Notes: generated by a model from the letters alone, not told the origin. 64,000 nucleotides of DNA from Octopus sinensis (GCF_006345805.1 NC_043013.1:19282001-19346000), one strand, 5' to 3'. Positions 35,755 to 49,083 are shown, counted from the stretch's first letter. Program-made: numbers and translations.

Positions 35755-35911
35755 AAAATAAATATAAGAGAGTGGTCACTATGTGGCTCACTCTAGCACT
35801 AGTAAATCCAAAAGGTTTCAACCACAAAAATACATGTTTCGTGGTTGAAACCTTTTGGATTTACTAGTGCTAGAGTGAGCCACATAGTGACCACTCTCTT
35901 ATATTTATTTT
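35755..35911. repeat. Perfect 71-bp inverted repeat with 15-nt spacer
   Basis: 35755-35825 is the exact reverse complement of 35841-35911. Confidence 0.95.
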
Positions 35912-36034
35912 TGTATAAAATATTATAATATATTATAAAATATTATAATAATCCAGGTTTCTCGAGGCACTGGGCCACTTGGTGTTGAATAGGTATACTA
36001 TTAAATTAGTATCTAATTCTCTCACCCTTATTAA

Positions 36035-36065
<31 letters not shown>

Positions 36066-36108
36066 AATTTCTAAGTCTCTCTAAAGGAGTCCACGGCAGC
36101 GGTACTGG

Positions 36109-36307
36109 ATATTAATAGTTATCGCTAAGCTAATATGGCAGTCCAGAAATATAGGACAAATGCTGCCGTTGATTAGCTCCAAGAGACCATCGCCTCTAGC
36201 TAGCTATGTGACACACGAAACTGTGCCCATTTTCACAATCGAATAGGGGAGGTCAGTCGCTTCCCCTTGCTGGTCAGGCATCTGCAGACTAGTTTCAGAG
36301 TATTTGC

Positions 36308-36365
<58 letters not shown>

Positions 36366-37268
36366 GTGTATATGAATTTATTTTTGTATGTACTCGTATG
36401 TTCCCTTCTATTTTTAATTCTTTGAAGTTTGCAGGTAAGGAAGGAGCTGGTTTCCAACAAAAGTACAAAGCTTCATCGTTGGAATGTAGATAACAAAAAC
36501 ATTTCAACTTAAGAAATGTTTTGCATATTTTTACTTTTCGGCATACACGTTGTATTGTGATGCGTGTGTTAGCTGGTTGGTTGGTTTTTTCCGAAGACCC
36601 CCGGCTTAAGCGGATTGTCACTTGGGCATTTCCTCACAAAAGCAAGTTCACCAATTGTTGTTGATATGAATTTGAATTTCTGAACTCTGTACAGAAACTG
36701 GAGGTTTTAAAGCAGTTAAACGTAATTATCCTCATTCTCTTCGATTTTCGAAGAAATAGCAAGGCAGGTGACCTTTATGACGGTGTATACTTTTTCTTGT
36801 ATGATCCGAAGAACTTTATCGCCCTATTTCCTTTCCCTTGGTAGAAGTTTTAATGGGGATTTTCCACCAATATTACTTGTGCTGAGGAAAGTATCGAGCT
36901 GCCAGAATATTTAGTACGCCGAGTGATATCATTAGCGGAGGTCAGTCGCTTCCCCTTGCTGGTCAGGCATCTGCAGACTAGTTTCAGAGTATTTGCCCCT
37001 TATCAAATCCTTCGAACAGACGGTTAGTAGCGACGCCTGCTGGGTTCGGCTGCTCTGCATTGATAAGGGGCAAATATCCTGAAAGTAGTCTGTAGGTTCC
37101 TGACCAGCAAGAGTTAGCTGCTGACCTCCCCTGTTCGAAGGTTATAATGCACACAGGTTCGTGTGTCACATAGCTAGCTAGAGGCGATGGTCTCTTGGAG
37201 CTAATCAACGGCAGCATTTGTCCTATATTTCTGGACTGCCATATTAGCTTAGCGATAACTATTAATAT
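36109..37268. mobile_element. Inverted pair of ~200-bp Penelope-like terminal segments carrying hammerhead-like motifs and enclosing the duplicated segment
   Basis: 36109-36308 is the reverse complement of ~37069-37268, with the outer ~110 bp identical. 61-bp direct repeats at 36248-36308 and 36937-36997 flank (CTA)n plus the 36364-36938 copy. Confidence 0.65.
37055..37095 (+). ncRNA. Minimal hammerhead-like motif with compensated U3-A8 core
   Basis: ctgca-TTGATAA-gggg caaata tcct-GAAAG ta GTC-tgtag. The inverted sister copy (36971-37006, -) retains GAAAC TA GTC tgcag but lacks the 5' strand of stem I. Confidence 0.5.
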
Positions 37269-38606
37269 ATATATATTAATTAATATACGTGTGTGTTTAT
37301 ATCTATACATATATGGATATGCACACAGACACAGGCTGCATCTAGGTATGTATGTCTATATGTGTATATATTTATTATTTCTCAATGTTGGTGATCAGTG
37401 GCGTTTCGTTTGTGACTGACATGAGAAATATACTGGGTCTTCGTTATTCAGTGTGTCTTCTTATTTATGACAGTAAGTGATTTGACTGCTATCTCTAGCA
37501 GGACGTGAATTCACTCAATCTTTGTAGCGTTGCCCGGATGTAGGTTAATAACTGGTATCGTATATCTGCTTTGTGAAGAGAAGGATGAATAAACACATGA
37601 AGTCTAATCACCCCAACCCCAGCTCAACAGGTGCCGTAGACACACCCAGCACGTGACGAGCGAGGGTTCTTATAACTAGCGAAATTAGAACAATTGATAA
37701 GGTGAAGTGTGTGAGATTTAGCGGTGTGTGCGTTTGTATGTGTTTGTGTGTGTGTGTGTTTTTGAGTGAATGTGTGTGAATGTGTGTGCCTACGTGCGTA
37801 TGTGTATGTGTGTGCATGCATGTGTGTAGCTATGTATGTCTTTGTGCTAATGTGAGTGTGTTTATGTCTTTGTATATGTGTGTGTGTATGTGTGTATATG
37901 GGCGTGTGTGCATGTATAGGTATGTGTGTGTTTGTGCGTGTATGTATATGTGTATGTGTGTGTGAGAGCCTGTGTGTGTGTGTGAGTGTGTGTGTGTCTG
38001 CGCTCGCGCACGAGTGACAGCGAGAATAAGAAAGTATGTATGTATGAATGTGATTGTGTGTGGTGTGTGTTTGTTTGGATATGTACATGTGTGCGCATGT
38101 GTACGTCTTGGGTGTCTGCGTTTGGTATGTATCTGTGGTCATGTGTGTGTGTGTGTGTGTGTGCGTGCGTGCGCGCGCGTTCGTGTATGCCTGTTTGTGG
38201 CTGCGCGTAGTTGTACAAGTATGTGTGCGTGTGTGTGTGTGTGTGATGTATATGTTGGTGGTTGTGCGTGTGTGACAGAAAGAGAAATTGTGTGTGTGTG
38301 TGTGTGTGAGTCAATGTGTGCATTTCTGTGTTTGTGGATTTGTGCATGCGTGTATGTATTTTTATGTGATGAGTGTATATGTCTGTATATGTGTGTGTGC
38401 GTGTGTGATTCTGCGTAATTATGTGCGCTTGGAAGCGCGCATTGTCTGTATGACAACGTGACTATTACATGTGTATGCGCATGTGTGTGTGTGTGTGCCT
38501 CTGTGTGTGTGTGCCTCTGTGTGTGTGTGTATGTGTGTGTGTGTACCAGCGATGGAGTGCTTGCGAAACAGTTTTTGTCTGTGACTATGAATAAGACGCA
38601 TTTTAT

Positions 38607-38735
38607 GTGTGTGTGCATGCGTGACTGCTTGTGTGTGTGCATGCGTGACTGCTTGTGTGTGTGCATGCGTGACTGCTTGTGTGTGTGCATGCGTGACTGC
38701 TTGTGTGTGTGCATGCGTGACTGCTTGTGTGTGTG
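38607..38735. repeat. 24-bp minisatellite (tgtgtgtgtgcatgcgtgactgct) x5 within a ~1.2-kb TG-rich field
   Basis: Direct reading. Confidence 0.9.
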
Positions 38736-39019
38736 CATGCATATCTTTGGGACTATACATTTCTATGTATCTGTGTGACACTATGAGTGTGTATGATAGT
38801 ATGCATATATATGTACATGTGTATGATGGTGTATTTATATATATGTGGTTTGACAGTGTGCATGTGACTATATACATACATACAACACACACACACATAC
38901 ACATATATATATATATCTATTATTACATACATATTATATAATTATTAATTTAATGTGTATAAATTACTATAAAGTTTTATAGCATACTGACTGCATGGTA
39001 AAGTCATTATATATAATAT

Positions 39020-39058
<39 letters not shown>

Positions 39059-39169
39059 GTGTGTGTGTGTGTGTGTGTGTATGTAAATGTAATATGTGGA
39101 CAATTATTCGGTAGTCATGATAAAACTCCGAGTTTCGGACCATTTGTATCAATATATATATATCAATCT

Positions 39170-39229
<60 letters not shown>

Positions 39230-39286
39230 ATATATATATATATATATATATAAGACATATATATATAATATATAATATAATATATA

Positions 39287-39332
<46 letters not shown>

Positions 39333-39433
39333 TATGTATATATATATATATAATCTTACTTGGAAACGGATGCTTGGCGTTCAATTAAGTATTAATATGA
39401 ATAATATATATATATATAATATATTTTATATTA

Positions 39434-39480
<47 letters not shown>

Positions 39481-40238
39481 ATATACATATATATATATGC
39501 ATATATGCATATATGGGTGCAGGACGTCACCAACTGTGTACACAACGTGTAGTACGAAAACAAACGAGTTAATTGCACAAACAACGAGAGAAAAAATGGA
39601 AAACAGGACAAGTAACACAGAGAACGACCCTTCATCAGTTGCCAGCTGTCTATCTACTTCTCATTTCGAGAATTCGCCGATGATATGAGTCTTCGAAGAC
39701 AGTTGTTCCCATAACTTCCAGAAGTTTATTTTGAATTTATGGAGGGTCAAAGTTGGGAACAAAAACAGGACAGTGGAAACATACAAGGTTAAGCGAACGA
39801 AAACAAACATGGAGGGGCTTTAGACCAGAGCGAGAGGAAAATAATGAACGCTGATATATATGTATATATATATATAGGAGATAAATAAAAATATATGCAT
39901 ACTACAACATATATGTACGTACCTACATCTACATGTATATATACATGCATATATAATAATTATACGGGAGTACAGGACATCACAAAAAACGTAGAAACGA
40001 AAAAGCCAAAAAACAAAAACAAGAAAACGGAAAACGAAGAACAAGAAAACGAAAAACAAATACAGGACGAGCTACACAAGGACAAAACCCCCGTCATCAG
40101 CTGTCGCTAGAGGAGTCAGGCATGTACCTTTGTATTTATTTCAGTCATTAGGGTGCAGCCATGTGGTGGCGGGAAACAAGCATAGGCGCGAAGACCAACC
40201 ACTATATGTATATATCTGTGTTTTTCTCTCTCTGTGTA

Positions 40239-40276
40239 TCTTTCTGTTGAAGAGCGTAGGCTCGAAACGTTAAAGA
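40239..40276 (+). ncRNA. Degenerate minimal hammerhead-like motif (A6U core)
   Basis: tcttt-CTGTTGA-a-gagc gtag gctc-GAAAC GTT-aaaga. A related copy lies on the minus strand at 63034-63074 (tcttt-ATGTCGA-a-gagc..gctc-GAAAC GTG-aaaga). Confidence 0.4.
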
Positions 40277-40375
40277 CTTGTTTTATTTATATTTCCTGAG
40301 CGCCATACTAATACAATTGTTCGTTTTGTTTTTCCACCTGCCTTCGTCTTTTGTTTATTTTCATAAAGCTTCCCG

Positions 40376-40446
<71 letters not shown>

Positions 40447-40851
40447 GTATCCTTGTGACCGAATTGTTCTAAGTGTGTGTCAGTGTGCGTGTGCATTTGT
40501 GTATCTGAGTGTATGTGTCTATGAATACGTCTGTGTGTACATTGACCTATTACTGATTGCATGTGTGTGCGAGTGTTTATGTGTGCGTGTAAATTTGCAC
40601 TACCAAAGTCACAGTTAGAGTGAGCAATTAAGAGAGAAGGAGTGAGAGAGGGAGCGGAAAAAAGAAAATCTACCAAGGAAATATGTATGAATGTATGTGT
40701 GTGTGTGTGTGTATGTGCGTGTCGGCCTGTGTGTGTGTCGGCCTGTGTGTGTGTGTGTATATACACACGCTTACAAACACACATAACATATACTTACCCC
40801 ACGCATACACGTGTGTGTGTGTCTCTACCTCTGTATGTGTATGTGTGTGTG

Positions 40852-40883
<32 letters not shown>

Positions 40884-40903
40884 ATGCATACATACTTTCA
40901 GAA

Positions 40904-40934
<31 letters not shown>

Positions 40935-41182
40935 AGTTAGAAGCGAGAGGGCGAGTGAGTAAGTGTGCACAGTGGAGGTTGTCCATCACACACACACACA
41001 CACACATAGTGGATACTACGTACCCTGATATGTCTTCAAGCATATTATTGATGAATAGAGACAAATTAATACAATATGCAAATTAACGGCTATACTAATG
41101 AAAACAAAGGTTTACTGATAAAGTGATAAAGAGTGATTTAACGTAACATCTATCACTGTCTCTCCTATCCATGTATCTTCTA

Positions 41183-41261
<79 letters not shown>

Positions 41262-41463
41262 ATATATATATATATATATAATATATATATATATATATGT
41301 ATGTCTGTCTGTCTCTCAGTCTATCTCTATTTGCCAGTTCATCTGTCTGTCTGTCCATATGTCTGTCTGTCTCTTCTCTCTTCTCTCTCCTCCCTCTCTC
41401 TATCTGTCGTCTGTCTGTCTGTTTGTCTGTCTGTCTCTCTCTGTCTGTCTGTTTCTCTCTCTC

Positions 41464-41567
<104 letters not shown>

Positions 41568-41574
41568 ATACGTA

Positions 41575-41760
41575 GCCGTATTTCGTCTGTCGTCATGTTC
41601 TGAGTTCAAATTCCGCCGAGGTCAACTTTGCCTTTCATCCTTTCGGGGTTGATAAATTAAGTACCAGTTACGCACTGGGGTCGATGTAATCGACTTAATT
41701 CGTTTGTCTGTCCTTGTTTGTCCCCTCTATGTTTAGCCCCTTGTGGGCAATAAAGAAACA
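41575..41760 (+). mobile_element. Nin/Deu-domain SINE, 5'-truncated
   Basis: gagttcaaattccgccgaggtcaactttgcctttcatcctttcggggttgataaattaagtaccag...gggcaataaagaaa. Confidence 0.8.
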
Positions 41761-42657
41761 GATCTTTTACAGTCGTTCTTGACATTTATCGTGTGTAGCA
41801 ACGTGCATAGTGTGTATATAAACAACAGGAAATAAATTTGTGTGGGTGAATGTATACGAAATAACACAATTTGAAATCATATGAACAATTCCCCATCTTC
41901 CCCAACCACATGGGTTCGAGGTTCAGTTCCCCTGCGTATTAGACTATAACCTAAGGCCAACCAAAGTCTTGTGAGTGGATTTGGGAGACGGAAACTGAAA
42001 GAAACCCGTCGTATATATATATATGTTTATTTGTGAATGTGTGTGTGCGTGTGTGTATGTGTGTGTTTTCGTGTCAATGCTTGACCCCACCCAACACCGC
42101 TTGACAGCCGGTGCTGGAGTGTTTACGTCCCCATACCTTAGCAGTTCAGCAAAAGACCCGATAGAATGAGTACCAGGCTTAAAAAAAAAGAAGTACTGAG
42201 GTCGATATATTCGACCAAAAGGATCTAGTTAAGCTGTTTAGTTAATTACTATTTACTTGTTTAAGCGTTGTACTGGATAAATTGTGAAAATAACTAATAT
42301 ATTTCAAATACTAAAATATAAGCATAATCAAAGAAATTACGAACATGAATGCGTTATTTCCCTTGGCTATATATAGGGATCCCTTTCAGGAGCGAATAGG
42401 TTATTACCTTTGGATGTTTAAAAATAACATATTATGTTATATGTAGTAGATATAAGAATCCCTTCCAGGGACCCTATTATAAGTTTTTTCAACAATCTAA
42501 GTATGTCACTAGTTTTCCAGACATGAATTCTACTCTCGTGTCAAGTTTCAGCAAAATCGATAAAACAATATAGGAGGAGTTAGATAACATCTCCACAAAC
42601 AAACGCACCCGCATATTTCCACATATGTAGAACACATATGTATATGTTGTATTTGTA

Positions 42658-42712
<55 letters not shown>

Positions 42713-43519
42713 AATATACATAAATACACACACACACACAACACCACACATACATATATATATATATATATTATAAAACTATTTTTTCCACCTTGCTTCA
42801 GATTTATGTGCTTACTCTGATAGATATAAATATATATGTATATATGCATATACATATGTATATATATATATACATATATACGTACATATATGTATATATA
42901 CATGCATATATGGGTATAGGACACCAAAAAAACGTCGAACGCTATGAGAAACGAAAACATACTAATATGCATGTATATATATATATATAAACACGCACAC
43001 ACATTGCCCCAGATCATAGTGAGAGGTAGCGTAAGAGAGTAATTAATGGATAGATGGCTTGGAGGAAAAGGGCAAGATCGAAGTTGATTTAAAGCGGAGG
43101 GAGAGTGTTAAAGGAAGGATATATAGAACAAGGTAAAGAAAAGAAATTGGGGATGAGTGAAATAGGAGTAAAAATATAAAGGCAATATAACCATCGCTCA
43201 GTCAAAAGGCAAGGAGGTGAACGTTAAAGGGTAAAAGCTGGGCGGATGGGTTAGGAGCATAAATATCAAAGGAACATAAAGGCGATAAAGAGAATGATAA
43301 TTAATAAGAAGTATTCAATCCCCTGCTGCGTATACGTTTGCTTTTACGTGTCTAGCTACGGCATGTTGGCAGTCATCCTTGTGTGCTAAAGCGTGACGAT
43401 CTCAGCTGAACTTAATTACGAAATTAGGCCTTACACTACAAAAACGTGTTAGGTTTGATAATAGAAAATGCCAAGGATAAAGTCATAAAGTTATGATCCA
43501 TCCACTAGAGCAAGTTAGT

Positions 43520-43561
<42 letters not shown>

Positions 43562-43563
<2 letters not shown>

Positions 43564-43687
43564 GAGAAGAAGCAACAAGAATGGATTGGTTTTTAGTACA
43601 ATTGTTTCATACAAAGACAGGCTTTATTACAAGTTTGTATGAAACAATTGTACTAAAAACCAATCCATCTTGTTGCTTCTTTCTCGT
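43562..43687. repeat. ~54-bp inverted repeat with 18-nt spacer next to (TA)n
   Basis: 43562-43615 pairs with 43634-43687 apart from two single-base indels. Confidence 0.9.
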
Positions 43688-43803
43688 TTATAATCACCCC
43701 ACATTACTGTATGGATAACACCATATAGTTTTTCTGGTGCATCTAAGTTAAGTACCACATCAAGTAATTCATTGGAAGTTACTTGAATCTTAATTGCTTT
43801 GAT

Positions 43804-43852
<49 letters not shown>

Positions 43853-43929
43853 ATATATATAATATATATTCAGGTAAAAGGTATCAAGTTATGGTAAAAA
43901 GAAAGAAGAAAAAGAATCGTTTTAAAGAA

Positions 43930-44340
43930 TCGACGCCTGCAAATAGTGAAATCCTCTTTAAAATCTCGAGAAATCTTTGCTACAGAGATCACATGGAAAT
44001 CGACTAACTTCATATGACCTTCTCGTTTTAATATTGGATTAGAGAATATTGTAAAGGATGTAATTATTTTTAACATAGAACATATAATAGCTAACGAAGT
44101 GGAAGATTTGTGCATTGCAGATGCAAGTGAACTAAGATAAAATTCGTCTCTCAAAGTCGACAAAAGATCCTACCTAAATTTATATAAAGTTCTATTTTCT
44201 GTTATTTACTGTGCATTCATATAAAACGTTATAACCCAAGCAATAGTCTGTCGAGGGGTATTTATCTGATACTCTACAGTTGCAGTTCTTCGTATCTCGT
44301 ATGAAATTGCAATTATCTTTAATCCTATTACTGTTATTGT
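43930..44340 (-). mobile_element. Decayed Penelope-like GIY-YIG endonuclease region
   Basis: Minus-strand pieces NCNCRVSDKYP...CLGYNVLYECTV, then HKSSTSLA, ILKR and PCDLC follow the PLE order CNCR..CP...CL..NVIY.ATV / ST.LS / W.IL / C.LC; many stops and frameshifts. Confidence 0.55.
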
Positions 44341-44714
44341 TTTTGTCGTTAGTTAAACTAGTATATGTATGTGCTTGTGTGTGTATGTGTGTGAGTCTGT
44401 TCGTTTGTGTGTGTGTGTGGTGTGCGGCCAATAATTTATAAGAATCAAAAAATGGTGTTGACATCAACTGCCCATATTCACAGGAAGTTTCTCACCATCT
44501 AATTATATATGTGGCTTAAGTCTCTGGTTATGACCCGGCCGGAAGATGAAATAAAATGCAAATCAATCGGAAAATAACAACAACAACAATAATAATAATG
44601 ACGATGATAATGATGATGATGATGATAATAATAATGATAATAATATAATAATAATATAATAATAATAATATAATAATAATAATAATAATAATAATATATT
44701 AATAATAATAAAAT

Positions 44715-44930
44715 ATTCAGACAAATACATAACAAAAACACCAGGACTTACAACCCATATAACATACAGAAAATTGCACTACTAGCACTGCACACATCCT
44801 ACGCAGAACACTTCCATACAATAACCATCAGAGCATCACAACAAATCACATCACACGCACATACCCAAGGCACACAGAGCTGCGCTCGGTAGTGAAGTGA
44901 AGCACGCTATAAAAATAAAACTACTGAATA
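44715..44930 (+). mobile_element. 3' terminus of a second R4/Dong-type LINE inserted in (TAA)n
   Basis: Frameshifted PGLT..YNIQKIALL.TAHILRRTL; flanked on both sides by (aat)n. Confidence 0.7.
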
Positions 44931-45475
44931 ATAATAATAATAGGATAATTCATTCACCTTCTTATATATATATATATTATAATATATATATATATATATG
45001 TATGTGTATGTGGATGCGTGTGTGTATAAAAGGACATATGTAATAGAAAATATGCTATAGGGAAAGTTAAGCCGGTGAATGGTTGATGGCTGTGATTCGG
45101 AAAAAAATAACAAATCAAAAAGAATGTGTAATTTTGGTTTCGAAGAAGACTGTATGGGAATAATATTGTTTTCAAATTCTGGCGCAAAGCCACACAATTC
45201 AAGGGAGGGGACTAGTCGATTACATTGATACCTATACTCACCTGGTACTTATTTTATGGGCCTGAAAAGACGAAAGGCAAAGTGGACCATGGCAGAGTTT
45301 GAACTCAGAACATAAAGACGGACTAAATACCTCTAAGCATTTTGCCCGGCGTACTAACGTCCCCTTAAGATGATTAAAATATTAGGGAAGAAATCAACAA
45401 TTGATTAACGGAAAATATGTCTTTGTCTCTGTCTCTGTTTCTCTCTCTCTGTATACACACACACACACGTATGTG

Positions 45476-45509
<34 letters not shown>

Positions 45510-46221
45510 AATAGGAAATATATAGTAAAAAATGGAGGTAAATGATTGTTGAAGTTAATCGGTAAGACAGAACAAAACCAAACAAAAACAAGGTGCAGTT
45601 TTTGTTTCGTAGAAAACTGTATAGGAATAATACTGTTTCCAAATTTTAGTACAAGGCCAGTAACTTCCGGGGAGGGCCTAAGTCGATGACATCGACCCCA
45701 ATACTCAACTGGTACTTATTTTATCGTCCCCGAAAGGATGAAAGGTAAAATCAACCTTAGCGGAATTTGCTGTATGAGAATAATATTGAACGTAATATTT
45801 AGAAAAAGAGAGGCAGGAATTAAGATGGAAAGTTCATAGATTTTCCAACTGGGAGTTGAAACATGTAACAAGAAAAGTTTACATATGTTTGTGTTACTGT
45901 TTCCTTAAGCTAAACATATTCTCCGCTATTTGTAAAAGTACCTAATAAAGACAATACCAAGTCCTGTAGTTGCACTATTAAATTGGTGTTTTGTAGTTAG
46001 TCATTTCAAGATAACGGTCCTTAACACAGGTAAAGCACGAACTTTTGTCCCTCTAGCTTGAGGTCGAAGCTGTATCACCACTATGCCAGCTGCAGACAAT
46101 AAATATATTTATTTAATCTAGAGGATCGCACTTTTAACGGGAATTATTTCACTAAGTCGATTCACACCTGTCATTCAACCAGTCGGCATTGAACTGTCAT
46201 TAAACAACAGAATAACCCACT

Positions 46222-46321
46222 NNNNNNNNNNNNNNNNNNNNNNNNNNNNNNNNNNNNNNNNNNNNNNNNNNNNNNNNNNNNNNNNNNNNNNNNNNNNNNN
46301 NNNNNNNNNNNNNNNNNNNNN
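46222..46321. other. Assembly gap (100 N)
   Basis: Run of N; true length unknown, so contiguity across it is not guaranteed. Confidence 1.
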
Positions 46322-46558
46322 CTTCTTCCCCTTCACCACTTCGTGCCATATTGTACGCCGAGTTTCGTCTTATGTTTGCCGGTTGCTCAGGAAGTTTCTC
46401 TCCGTTTAGCTGTTTTGTAATGCTCATGTTCTTTACTGTTGTTGTTGTTGCTGTTGTTGTTGTTTGTTGTTGTTGTTGTTGTTGCTGTTGTTATTGTTCA
46501 GATGATAGTGTCACTGTCGTTGCTATTGTTGTTGTCGTAATATTGTTATTTGTTATTC

Positions 46559-46591
<33 letters not shown>

Positions 46592-46781
46592 TACCTATAA
46601 TTTTTACGTTTTTACTGGATTCATAGACTGCGGCCATGCTGGGGCACCACTTTTTGGAATCTTTTAGTCGAATGAATTGAGGCCTGTACAGTTTTTTTTT
46701 ATAAGGCTGGCACTTATTCTACCGGTTTCTTTCGCCCAATCGCTGGTTACAGGAACAACCGTCTGTCAAGTAGTGGTAGGG

Positions 46782-46831
<50 letters not shown>

Positions 46832-46941
46832 ACACAACACACACACACTACACACACACAACATACACACACTCACACACAGAGGATGGTCTTCTTTCAG
46901 TTCCGTCTTCCACATCCACTCACCAATCTTTGGGCGGCCTA

Positions 46942-48752
46942 ATAATGTTCGTCCTTCGGGTTCGGTGGAATTTGGTGGAATTGCTGCTATGAGACCGGAG
47001 GTGGCCAATCCGGGCAAGGAAGTTCCTCCCACAGGTGGGGCAGAAGTGGGTAGGGGCTGTGCTATTGGTGCAGGTGGCTCTGGCTTTCCGCATCTGGCGT
47101 TTCTCTTTTGCTGACTGAATCCGTCTCTCCTCGGCTGTCTTTGCTCCTGTGGTGATTGCGCTGCGCCAGGATGAGCGGTCGGCAGCAAGTGTCTCCCAAG
47201 TCTCTGTGTCGATGGAGAAATCTTTGAGAGAGATTTTGAGACTGTCCTAGAAGCGCTTCTTCTGCCCTCCGACTTTGCGTTTGCCCTGGCTGAGTTCACC
47301 GTAGAAGAGCTGTTTTGGGATGCGAGTGTCGGACATGCGGGAGACGTGGCCTGCCCATCTCAGCTGGGCCTTGCGCATGATCGTGATGGTGCTAGGGAGA
47401 TCTGCCTGCTTCAGAACTTCCGTGTCTGGGACTTTGTCCTGCCAGCGGATGTGAAGGAGGTTCCGAAGACACCTGAGGTGGAAGTGGTTATTCTGGCGCT
47501 CGTGCCTTCGGTAAGCAGTCCACGTCTCGCAGCCGTATAGTAGGGTGGTAAGCACGACTGCCCGGTAGACGTTCAGCTTGGTGTTGAGGCTGATTCCTCT
47601 CCGCTCCCAGACTTTCTTTCGCAGTCTCCCAAACGCGCTGCTTGCCTTGGAGATTCTGTTGATGATTTCAGCATCTATGTTGGCATTGCATGAGAGAGAG
47701 AGTGCTGCCCAGGTAGGTGAAGTTTTCCACCGCTCGTAGGATCCGTCCGTTCACCTTTATCTGAGGCTCATGGTATTGTTTGCCGGGGGCTGGCTGAAAC
47801 ATTACTTCGGTTTTCTTGGCACTGATGGTGAGACCGAAGTTGTCACAGACTGATGAGAACCTGTCCATCCCGAGCTGCATCTCCTGCTCATCGATTGCGT
47901 TAAGGGCGCAGTCGTAAGCAAAGAGAAAGTCTCTGACGATTGTCTCCCTCACCTTTGTGACGGCCTGAAGTCTTCTGGAGTTGAAAAATTTCCCGTCCGT
48001 CCTGTACTCGATGTCGATACCGGACTTGCAGTCCCTGAAGGCGTCGGACAGCATTGCCGAGAACATGATGCTGAACAGTGCTGGGGCCAGGACACAGCCC
48101 TGCCTGACTCCGTTGGTCACCTGGAAGGCTTCAGATGAGTCGCCGTCTTCAAGGATTCTGGCTGTCATTCCGTCGTGGAACTGGCGGACAATTGCAATAA
48201 ATTTGCTGGGGCAACCAAATTTTCCCATGACCTTCAAGAGTCCCTGCCGACTGACTGTATCGAAAGCCCTGGTGAGGTCAACAATGGTCATGCAGAGGTC
48301 AAGGTGCTGCTCCATGCATTTCTCCTGGAGCTGGCGGGCGGCGAATATCATGTCAGTGGTCCCTCGACCCACGCGGAAGCCACACTGGCTCTCAGGGAGA
48401 AGGCTTTGCTCCAAGTGTTCCAGAAGGCGGTCAAGCAGGACTCGGACCAGGATCTTGCCTGCTATGGACAAGAGGGAGATTCCTCGGTGGTTGTCGCAGG
48501 ACTGCCGATCTCCTTTCCGCTTATAAATGTGGACGATTGTTGCGTCCCGGAAATCTTGAGGGAGTTGTTCCTTGTCCCACATCGACTGGACCAGGCTGGT
48601 GAGCTGACTGATCATGGTGGGGCCGCCCGACTTGAACACCTCTGCAGGGATGGCGTCAGAGCCTGGAGCTTTGCCGGTCAACATTTTTTTTGATGGCTCT
48701 GCTCACTTCCTCGACTGCAGGGGGAACAGCCAGCTCGTGGTTTGTCGGCACC
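46942..48752 (-). mobile_element. 5'-truncated RTE-clade LINE (reverse transcriptase and C-terminus), inactive
   Basis: RT motifs KAPGSDAIPAE, NHRGISLLS, QCGFR, VDLTRAFDTV, GVRQGCVLAP, LFAYD (catalytic ADD changed to AYD), FTYLGS, LLYGCETW, LRWAGHV and a terminal CPTC..H..H. Frameshift near 47690 and an in-frame stop at 47247. No endonuclease domain is present. Confidence 0.93.
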
Positions 48753-48875
48753 TGGGAGCCTAGGCCTACAGTAGAAGGCACTTTCCCAAAGAGACATGCC
48801 GTAGGACTGAACCCGGAACTTCTTACTACACAGTCACTACTTCGCCTATATGTGTGCGTGTGTGTATAAAAACAC

Positions 48876-48919
<44 letters not shown>

Positions 48920-49032
48920 GCGCGCGCATACATACATGCACACACAAATACGTGTGTGTAAGTGTATGTATTTATATATGAATATATGTTGAAACAGAAT
49001 AAATAGATTTATGAAATACATATGTATATGTA

Positions 49033-49083
<51 letters not shown>

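Noticed and set aside
39500-40110. CTGATGA motifs on the minus strand near 39635 and 40097
   Set aside because: They lie in related repeat fragments, but I could not assemble the required GAAA, stem and cleavage-site geometry.
47981-48693. Plus-strand ORFs of 181 and 172 aa
   Set aside because: Antisense to the RTE reverse transcriptase.
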